Positions 14,739-23,466 of a stretch of DNA of 32,000 nucleotides are shown here, in pieces. Numbering within the stretch: position 1 is the stretch's first letter; the number at the start of each line of letters is the position of its first letter. The notes under the pieces were generated by a model. That model worked only from the letters and a program-made list of their open reading frames with translations. It was not told where the DNA came from and searched no databases. The stretch is from assembly GCF_039370165.1 (NCBI RefSeq), contig NZ_CP134991.1, forward strand, positions 1 to 32,000, in the 5' to 3' direction. This DNA comes from Buchnera aphidicola (Chaitoregma tattakana). Lineage in GTDB: Bacteria; Pseudomonadota; Gammaproteobacteria; Enterobacterales; Enterobacteriaceae. The position numbers and the translations under genes are program-made.

Positions 14739-16103
14739 ATGTATATTAAAGATACTATAGTTGCTTTAGCTACTCCTTATGGTATTTCTGGAGTATCTAT
14801 ATTAAGAGTTTCTGGCATTAAAGTTAAAGAAATATGTAACAGAATTTTGCATACTATTCCTAAAGTAAGATATGCTAATTACTTAAACTTTTTTAATGTA
14901 TTTAATAACACTATAATAGATAAGGGAATAGTTATAAGATATGAAAAACCAAATTCTTTTACTGGAGAAGATATATTAGAGTTTCAATGTCATGGAAGTA
15001 GAATAGTAATAGATATTTTATTAAAAAATATTTTGTTTATAAAAGATGTTAGAATAGCTAATAATGGAGAATTCTCACGAAGAGCATTTTTTAACAATAA
15101 AATTGATTTGTTACAAGCAGAAGCTATAGATGATTTAATAAATTCAAACTCAGAAGTTATGTTAAAAGCTTCTATGAATGCTTTAAATGGAACATATTCT
15201 GTTCATATAAACAAATTATCTAAAAAAATCACACACATAATATCTGATATTGAAATAATTTTAAATATAGAAAATGAATATGATTCTTCTAATAATATTA
15301 TATTATTAAATAAATTAGAAAAGTTAATATTTGAATTTAAGATCTTAAAGAAAAGATTAGATAGAAGTAGTATTTTAAGAGAAGGGTTAAGAATAGTTAT
15401 AGCCGGGGTTCCTAATTCTGGTAAATCTAGCTTATTTAACTGCATTTTATCTAATGACAGATCAATAGTTACAGAATTTAGTGGAACTACTAGAGATGTA
15501 TTAATAGATAGTTTTTCTTTTGAAGGATCTATTTTCAATATTTCTGATACGGCTGGTATAAATTTTACTAAGAATAAAATAGAGAAGATTGGTATACAGA
15601 AAGCTTGGAAAGAAATGAAGTATGCTAGTTGTGTTTTACTTGTTACAGATGATGATATTAGTAACTTTAGTAAAAATGCTGTTAATAAAAAAATTATAAA
15701 ATATCTAAGACATAATAATATATTTTATGTAGTAATTTTAAACAAATGTGATATAAAAAATATAATTCCTAGAATTATAAAGTTAAAAGGGATTTTTTAT
15801 ATTAATTTATCAGCTAAAAAAAATCTTGGTATTAATATTTTATTAAAATTTTTAAAAAAAAAATTATTGTTAAAAAATTTTTCTGATAACATTCTTATTT
15901 CTAGAAGAAGACATTTACACTTGATTGAAAAATCATTATTCAATCTTATTGAATCTATAAAAACCTTTAAAAAATTATACAATTTAGAAATTTTATCTGA
16001 AAACTTATTTAAGACTAGAAAACTTTTAGATAGTATTGTTGGGAAATTTCATACTAATGATTTACTAGATTCTATATTTTCAAATTTTTGTTTTGGAAAA
16101 TAA
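14739..16103 (+). CDS. mnmE: tRNA modification GTPase MnmE (TrmE/ThdF)
   Basis: A 454-aa ORF, the same length as in E. coli. The N-terminus DTIVALATP matches E. coli DTIVAQATP. The G1 motif GVPNSGKSSLFN, the motif DTAG, and the C-terminal FCFGK* (E. coli FCIGK*) are present. Confidence 0.95.
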   Translation: MYIKDTIVALATPYGISGVSILRVSGIKVKEICNRILHTIPKVRYANYLNFFNVFNNTIIDKGIVIRYEKPNSFTGEDILEFQCHGSRIVIDILLKNILFIKDVRIANNGEFSRRAFFNNKIDLLQAEAIDDLINSNSEVMLKASMNALNGTYSVHINKLSKKITHIISDIEIILNIENEYDSSNNIILLNKLEKLIFEFKILKKRLDRSSILREGLRIVIAGVPNSGKSSLFNCILSNDRSIVTEFSGTTRDVLIDSFSFEGSIFNISDTAGINFTKNKIEKIGIQKAWKEMKYASCVLLVTDDDISNFSKNAVNKKIIKYLRHNNIFYVVILNKCDIKNIIPRIIKLKGIFYINLSAKKNLGINILLKFLKKKLLLKNFSDNILISRRRHLHLIEKSLFNLIESIKTFKKLYNLEILSENLFKTRKLLDSIVGKFHTNDLLDSIFSNFCFGK

Positions 16104-16114
16104 CATTTATATAT

Positions 16115-16187
16115 TGCCCGAAGGTGGAATTGAACCACCGACACGGGGATTTTCAGTCCACTGCTCTACCAACTGAGCTATCCGGGC
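16115..16187 (-). tRNA. pheT: tRNA-Phe (anticodon GAA)
   Basis: The reverse complement is GCCCGGATAGCTCAGTTGGTAGAGCAGTGGACTGAAAATCCCCGTGTCGGTGGTTCAATTCCACCTTCGGGCA. It folds by hand into a 73-nt cloverleaf: 7-bp acceptor stem, D arm GCTC/GAGC, anticodon loop CTGAAAA, and T arm GGTGG-TTCAATT-CCACC. It is very close to E. coli tRNA-Phe. The 3' CCA is not encoded (the next bases are ATA). Confidence 0.95.
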
Positions 16188-16295
16188 AATAAAGTTTAAT
16201 TATTTGCAATAATTGAATAAAAGTCAACTTATTTTTTTATATTTTTTATATACATTTTTATTTAAAAAATATACTAAGAAAATATAAAATTTTAA

Positions 16296-16322
16296 CTTGA
16301 AAGTAAATGGTATAATACATAT
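16296..16322 (+). promoter_or_regulatory. Putative sigma32 (heat-shock)-type promoter of groES-groEL, overlapping a TATAAT
   Basis: CTTGAA (16296-16301) is followed by 13 nt and then ataCATaT (16315-22). The E. coli groE heat-shock promoter, as I recall it, reads CTTGAA-N13-CCCCATTT. The -35 is perfect and the -10 keeps only the CAT.T core. A TATAAT at 16311-16316 and TTGAAA-N17-TATATA could also serve sigma70. The site lies about 90-110 nt upstream of the groES ATG. Confidence 0.4.
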
Positions 16323-16408
16323 ATATAGTTTCAAGAAACAAAAAAATATATATTAAGGTATTATAAAGATAATATGATATTTTATTAATAATAGAGGTAT
16401 TTAGGTAA

Positions 16409-16699
16409 ATGAAAATTCGCCCGTTACATGATCGTATTATAGTGGAAAGAAAAAAAAAAGAATCTAAGTCTGCAGGAGGAATAGTTTTAACTGGTTCTGC
16501 AGCAGGTAAATCCTCAAGAGGAATAGTAATTGCTATAGGAAAAGGTCGCATTTTAGAAAACGGAAAAATAAAGCCATTAGACGTGAAAGTAGGTGATATG
16601 GTAATTTTTAATGAAGGATATGGTGCTAAAACAGAAAAAATTGACAATAAAGAAGTATTAATTTTAACAGAAAATGATATTCTTGCAATAGTAGAATAA
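16409..16699 (+). CDS. groES: Co-chaperonin GroES
   Basis: The 96-aa sequence [38 protein letters not shown] matches E. coli [38 protein letters not shown]. Confidence 0.98.
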   Translation: MKIRPLHDRIIVERKKKESKSAGGIVLTGSAAGKSSRGIVIAIGKGRILENGKIKPLDVKVGDMVIFNEGYGAKTEKIDNKEVLILTENDILAIVE

Positions 16700-16744
16700 A
16701 TAATTAAAGATTTAAAAAAAATTATATTTTTAATAAATTAATAA

Positions 16745-18406
<1,662 letters not shown>

Positions 18407-18466
18407 TTTTAGTATTTATACATTATATTTCACATTTTTAAAAGATATATTGTATTTTAATATTTT

Positions 18467-18499
18467 CTTATCCTTAGAAACAATTTTTCTAAGGATAAG
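18467..18499 (+). terminator. Rho-independent terminator of groES-groEL
   Basis: A perfect 14-bp inverted repeat, CTTATCCTTAGAAA (18467-18480) and TTTCTAAGGATAAG (18486-18499), surrounds a 5-nt loop (CAATT). It is followed by the U-rich TATTATTATTTCTT and starts 61 nt after the groEL stop. Confidence 0.75.
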
Positions 18500-18535
18500 T
18501 ATTATTATTTCTTAACAGAGAAGAAGATTATACTT

Positions 18536-19096
18536 ATGATATTTTGTAATAGTAATAATTTTAGAAATGGATTAAAAGTAATTTTTGATAGAAATCCATT
18601 CAACATTGAAAAAAGTGAGTTTGTAAAACCTGGTAAAGGTCAAACGTTTGTCAGAGTTAGAATGAAAAATTTGATTAATAACAAAACTATAGAAAAAACT
18701 TTTAGACCTAACGAAAGTTTAAAGGTTGCAGAAATAGAGAATATTACAGTTTCCTTCTTATATAGATCTGCAAAAATTTTTTATTTCATGGACTTAAAAA
18801 ATTATAATGAAATTTCAATAGAAAAAAAACATTTGTTAAACGTTTTAAAACTAATTTATCCAGGTAAAAAATATTTTGGATTAACATGGAGAGAAAAATT
18901 GATTTCTATATCTCCTAAAAATTTTATGAAGTTTAGAGTAATAGGTTTTGAGCAGTTTACTAATACAAATATTAGTTTAAAAAACAAGATAGCAATATTT
19001 AAAACACAATTAAAAATTGTTGTACCTGCATTTATAAAAATTAATGATATAATTAAAATAGATACGAGATTTTGTAAATATGTTTCTAGAATATAG
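18536..19096 (+). CDS. efp: Translation elongation factor P
   Basis: A 186-aa ORF (E. coli 188 aa) with [38 protein letters not shown] (E. coli [38 protein letters not shown]). The modified-lysine loop KPGKGQ is intact. The C-terminus is [14 protein letters not shown] (E. coli IKVDTRSGEYVSRV). Confidence 0.93.
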   Translation: [186 protein letters not shown]

Positions 19097-19134
19097 TAAA
19101 TATAATATTTTATATATTTATTTTTTTTATATTT

Positions 19135-19863
19135 TTATATATGCTTTCTATAACTATTCCATTCAAAATTCAACCACAGACTATTTCCTAATCTCATTCT
19201 ATCTATTACTCTTTCTCCTAATAAAATTTTCATTCCTTCATGATTTAGATTAGATAACATTCCAGTAGATCTTTTTGAAGATGACCTTCTATCTACTATT
19301 TGGTTTATAACAACTTTCTCATATCTAGATTCTGTTTGCATTCCTATTTCATCTATCATTAACAAGTCTACTGTGCTTAGTTCATTTAATAAGTTTTCTT
19401 CTGTGGTATGACTTGATCCATTAAATGTTCCTTTCATATTAGACATAAGATCTGCTACTGTTACTATAAGTACACTTTTTCCTTTTAATATCAAGTAGTT
19501 TCCTATCGCCGAAGCTAGGTGATTTTTTCCAGTTCCAGGTTTTCCAGAAAAAATAAAACTGGATACATTACTATTAAAATTTTTTGCATATTTTTTTGCG
19601 GCTTTTAAAACTCGTTCATGACCTTTATGTTCTATTTTATAATTTTTAAATGTGCATTTTATATATAATTCTTTTATACCAGATTTTTTAAAAGTTTTTT
19701 TTATTTTCATTATTTTATTTTTTTTTAAGATGTCTTTAGAAGAAATCAATCCTTGTTCTTGATTCCAAGACAGTAAATCTTTGTCTTTTTTGAATTTAGG
19801 TTTTATATGACTAGGAATTATTTTTTTAAGCCTTTTTAAAAAGTTAGTAGTCTTATTTTTCAT
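19135..19863 (-). CDS. dnaC: Replicative helicase loader DnaC
   Basis: A 242-aa ORF (E. coli 245 aa) with the Walker A region FSGKPGTGKNHLASAIGNYLILKGKSVLIVTVADLMSNMK (E. coli SGKPGTGKNHLAAAICNELLLRGKSVLIITVADIMSAMK) and the Walker B motif LLMIDEIG. Its ATG overlaps the dnaT stop (TAATG). Confidence 0.95.
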   Translation of the reverse strand: MKNKTTNFLKRLKKIIPSHIKPKFKKDKDLLSWNQEQGLISSKDILKKNKIMKIKKTFKKSGIKELYIKCTFKNYKIEHKGHERVLKAAKKYAKNFNSNVSSFIFSGKPGTGKNHLASAIGNYLILKGKSVLIVTVADLMSNMKGTFNGSSHTTEENLLNELSTVDLLMIDEIGMQTESRYEKVVINQIVDRRSSSKRSTGMLSNLNHEGMKILLGERVIDRMRLGNSLWLNFEWNSYRKHI

Positions 19864-20402
19864 TATTTGTCTCTAAAACCATCTGGTACAAAATTGTTTT
19901 TTTTATATATTTTGTTTGGTTCTTCTTGAAACATTTTGTGTTTTGATGATCTAGTTATTTTCAAACTATATGCTAATTTTTGTTGCCATTGTATGTGATA
20001 TAGAAATCTTCTTTCAGCTTTCCAGTAGTCTATAAATGATTTCAGTTCGCTTTTAGATACATTATTTTTTATTTTAATTCCCCATATTGAAGCTTTTTGT
20101 ATAAAATTTTTGTCAGGATGCCAGTTATCATGCATTGCAAATTTGTTTGTAGTATTATAATTGTTATTTAATTGTTCTGTTGAAATTATTTTTGAAAATT
20201 TATCATAACGTTTTTTTTTTTCATATTTTTTTAGTTTTTCAAAATTTTTTTTTATAAATTTAAAATTTGTTATACATGTTACTGGTATATCATTTTTTAA
20301 AATTAATATAATTTTTTTTTTAGATTGTTTTAAAAATTTAAATGGATTTTTTAAAAAGTTTTCTATAGTTATATTTAACGTATTCATATTTTTTATATTC
20401 AT
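19863..20402 (-). CDS. dnaT: Primosomal protein DnaT (protein i)
   Basis: A 179-aa ORF, the same length as E. coli DnaT. The C-terminal half, KFAMHDNWHPDKNFIQKASIWGI...FIDYWKAERRFLYHIQWQQKLAYSL...VPDGFR, aligns with E. coli [23 protein letters not shown]...[25 protein letters not shown]...IPPGFR. It lies directly upstream of dnaC, as in E. coli. Confidence 0.9.
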   Translation of the reverse strand: MNIKNMNTLNITIENFLKNPFKFLKQSKKKIILILKNDIPVTCITNFKFIKKNFEKLKKYEKKKRYDKFSKIISTEQLNNNYNTTNKFAMHDNWHPDKNFIQKASIWGIKIKNNVSKSELKSFIDYWKAERRFLYHIQWQQKLAYSLKITRSSKHKMFQEEPNKIYKKNNFVPDGFRDK

Positions 20403-20467
20403 TAAAATAACCCCTATATTTATATAACATGTAAAAAAAATTGTTTTATGAAAAAATGTGTATATAA

Positions 20468-21010
20468 TTATTTTTTTTTAACTAAATATAATACTCCAGA
20501 AGCTTCTCCTATATTTTTTTTTTTAAAAGTGAACCATTTTTTAGGAATTTTTATGTGTTTTTTTTTTTGTGTTTCTATGTATATTAACGTATTTTGTTTG
20601 GTCCAATTATTTTTTTCTAGTAAGTATATAACTCTTTCAATAATTTTATTATTAAACGGGGGATCTAAAAATATTATATCATATGGAGTTCCATTACTAT
20701 TTAACCAATATAATATATTTGCATTAATTACATTAATATTTTTTATAGATAGTCTTTTTATGTTTTTTAATATATTATTATAAATATAAAAATTTTTTTC
20801 TATAGTAGTAACATAGTTTGCATATCTAGATACAGATTCAATACTTAATAAGGCACTTCCAGCAAAGCAATCTAAGCATTTAGCATTTGCAATATATTTA
20901 GAAAGCCATTCAAAAAGAATTTTTCTCATTAAATTTGTAGTAGGTCGTATTTTATACTTTTTTTTTATTGATATAATTCTAGATTTTAATTTACCTGATA
21001 TAATTTTCAT
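20468..21010 (-). CDS. rsmD: 16S rRNA (guanine966-N2)-methyltransferase RsmD (YhhF)
   Basis: A 180-aa ORF with [43 protein letters not shown] (E. coli [43 protein letters not shown]). The catalytic DPPF motif is present. It is divergent from ftsY, as in E. coli. Confidence 0.92.
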   Translation of the reverse strand: [180 protein letters not shown]

Positions 21011-21147
21011 ATTTTTATATAAGATTTTATTATTATTGTATTTAATAAATATTTTTTTTATAATAGTAAAAATATTATTAACATATATTTATTAATTATA
21101 ACTTTATTAAATTGTTTAATATAATATTATAGAAATGAGAATAAAAT

Positions 21148-22232
21148 ATGTCAAAGAGTAAAAAAAATAGCATTTTTTCTTGGATATTTAATAGTTTTAA
21201 AAAAAAAAAAATAAACATATAAAAAAAAATAATATTAGAGAAATACTATCTTTACAAAAGAAAAAAAAAAAAAATGAAAATAAACATGATTTAGAAAATA
21301 TCCATAAAACTACTGTACAAAAAAATAATATTTTTAATATATTTAAAGAAAAATTGTATAATACTAGAAAGAAAATAGGATCTCAAATACAAAAATTTTT
21401 TTTTAGAAAAAAAATAGACAAAAAAACGTTTAAAATATTAGAAGAAAGTTTATTGTTGTGTGATGTTGGTCTTAATACTGCAAGTAAGGTAATTTCTAAT
21501 TTAAAAAAAAAGGTTATAAAGAAAAATATAATAGATAAAAGTATTGTTTTAAATATTTTACAAGATGAACTTTTATATATATTGAAAAAAAGTTATAAGC
21601 CGTTAATAATAAAAAATAAATATCCTTTTTTAATTTTAGTAGTTGGAGTAAATGGCGTAGGTAAAACTACAACTGTAGGAAAATTAGCTTGGAAGTATAA
21701 ACAGCAAGGAAGATCTGTTATGATAGCTGCTGGTGACACTTTTAGAGCTGCAGCGATAGAGCAGTTAAATATTATTTCTAAAAAAATATTAGTTCCTGTA
21801 GTATCTCAACATTATAAAGCAGATTCTGCTGCTGTAATTTTTGATGCTATACAATCTGCAAAGAGAAAAAATGTAGAGATTTTGATAGCAGATACTTCAG
21901 GTAGATTACATAACAACAAAAATTTTATATCTGAACTACGTAAAATTATAAAGGTTACAAAAAAAATTGATGTTAGCTTTCCTGATGAAACAATACTTGT
22001 AATAGATTCTTCTAGCGGTCATAATATTATTAATCAAGTAAGAATTTTTAAAAATGAAACTAATGTTACAGGTATTATTGTTACTAAATTAGATGGTTCG
22101 GCTAAAGGAGGAATGATATTTAATATCTCGGATGAATTTAATATTCCAGTAAGATATATTTCTACTGGAGAGAATAAAGAAGATTTACACAAATTTGAAT
22201 GTGAAAGTTTTGTAAAATCTATTTTTAAATAA
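21148..22232 (+). CDS. ftsY: Signal recognition particle receptor FtsY, reading frame interrupted inside an A13 tract
   Basis: The NG domain is open from 21201 to 22232. It contains FRKKIDKKTFKILEESLLLCDVG, GVNGVGKTTTVGKLA, AAGDTFRAAAIEQL, DTSGRL and TKLDGSAKGG. An ATG at 21148, in a different frame, encodes MSKSKKNSIFSWIFNSF..., matching the E. coli FtsY N-terminus MAKEKKRGFFSWLGFG. That frame stops at TAA 21220. The two frames overlap only across 21201-21219, which includes the A13 run. The only canonical start in the NG frame is TTG 21354. Confidence 0.85.
21199..21211 (+). repeat. Poly(A) tract, 13 nt, at the ftsY frameshift site
   Basis: I counted the run directly: the last 2 A of block 21191-21200, 10 A in 21201-21210, and 1 A at 21211. 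A second run of 14 A lies at 21261-21274 and is in frame. Confidence 0.9.
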
Positions 22233-22383
22233 CAATTAATAGTTTTTTAATTATTAAATTTCTATATTTATTATTTAAAGGTAAAAATATATGCAAAAAA
22301 TATTTGTATATTGTAAACATATAATCGATAATGTTGAAAATTTTTTTTAATTAATTTAATGTTGTGATAATTTAGGCAGCGAC

Positions 22384-23241
22384 ATGATAAAAACTATTGA
22401 TACCATTTCTTTAGGCTCATTAGGAAATCTTAGTTCTTATATAAAGGTAGCTTTTTCTTTTCCCGTGCTTTCAAAAAAAAAAGAAAAATGTTTAGCTACT
22501 TTATTGTATTGTAATAGTGATTTAAATTCGGCTAAAACATTAATTTTATCTAACTTAAGATTTGTAATACATATTTCAAAAAATTATTTGGGATATGGTT
22601 TATTACAGTCTGATTTGATTCAAGAAGGCAATATAGGGCTTATGAAAGCAGTAAAAAAATTTAATCCTGATATAGGTGTCAGATTAATTTCTTTTGCTGT
22701 ACATTGGATAAAATCTGAGATACATGAATACGTACTAAAAAATTGGAGAATAGTGAAAGTTGCTACTACTAAATCGCAAAGAAAGTTGTTTTTTAATTTG
22801 AGAAAAAATAAAAAGAGATTCGGGTGGTTTAATAAACTGGAAATAGATACTGTTGCTAAAGAACTAGGAGTAAAATCTAATGATGTAATAGAAATGGAAG
22901 CTAGAATGTCTGCTCAAGACTTAACATTTAGTTTTTCTACTTCAGAAGATAATATAGATAATAAGTCTAAATTTAAATCGTCTTATCTGAAAGATAATAA
23001 TTCAAATTTTGCTAATACTTTAGAAAAAAATCAGTTATATGAGTATAATATTAACAAGTTGAAGAACGCTTTATTAAGTTTAGATACACGTAGTAGATAT
23101 ATAATTTCTTCTAGATGGCTATATGATGACAAAAAAAAGACGTTACAAAATTTAGCAGATTATTATGGTATTTCAGCTGAAAGAGTGAGACAAATAGAAA
23201 AAATTGCTATAAATAAGATCAGATTAAAAGTAAAAAATTAA
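22384..23241 (+). CDS. rpoH: RNA polymerase heat-shock sigma factor sigma32 (RpoH)
   Basis: A 285-aa ORF (E. coli 284 aa). The stretch [84 protein letters not shown] is near-identical to E. coli RpoH and includes the RpoH box QRKLFFNLR. Confidence 0.97.
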   Translation: MIKTIDTISLGSLGNLSSYIKVAFSFPVLSKKKEKCLATLLYCNSDLNSAKTLILSNLRFVIHISKNYLGYGLLQSDLIQEGNIGLMKAVKKFNPDIGVRLISFAVHWIKSEIHEYVLKNWRIVKVATTKSQRKLFFNLRKNKKRFGWFNKLEIDTVAKELGVKSNDVIEMEARMSAQDLTFSFSTSEDNIDNKSKFKSSYLKDNNSNFANTLEKNQLYEYNINKLKNALLSLDTRSRYIISSRWLYDDKKKTLQNLADYYGISAERVRQIEKIAINKIRLKVKN

Positions 23242-23466
23242 TGCTATTATATAGTTTTATATTTATTTTGTTTCTAATGAAAATTTTAATATTTTTGTAA
23301 TATTTTTTTTTAAAAATATTAAAATATTTGGTGATTTTTAAATTTTTATGAAATTGTTTTCTTGCTATTTTATTTTATTGAACATTTTATAAAAGGTTTA
23401 ATTTTGTAACAATAATGTTAAAATTTTCATAAAAATTTGTTTTATTTATATAAGAGAATTTATCTA

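Noticed and set aside
20448-20783. A 111-aa plus-strand ORF opposite rsmD.
   Set aside because: It is antisense to a gene with clear RsmD motifs (DCFAGS, DPPF). The ORF is hydrophobic and of low complexity, with no homolog signature.
23276-23432. A 12-13-nt inverted pair, ATGAAAATTTTAA (about 23277) and TTAAAATTTTCAT (about 23419), separated by about 130 bp in the rpoH-metE spacer. An A/T palindrome, TAATATTTTT-TTTT-AAAAATATTA, lies near 23300-23330.
   Set aside because: These are pure A/T words in a nearly pure A/T spacer. Chance occurrence is high, and there is no flanking target duplication or ORF that would suggest a mobile element. The palindrome could be a weak rpoH terminator, but I cannot support that.
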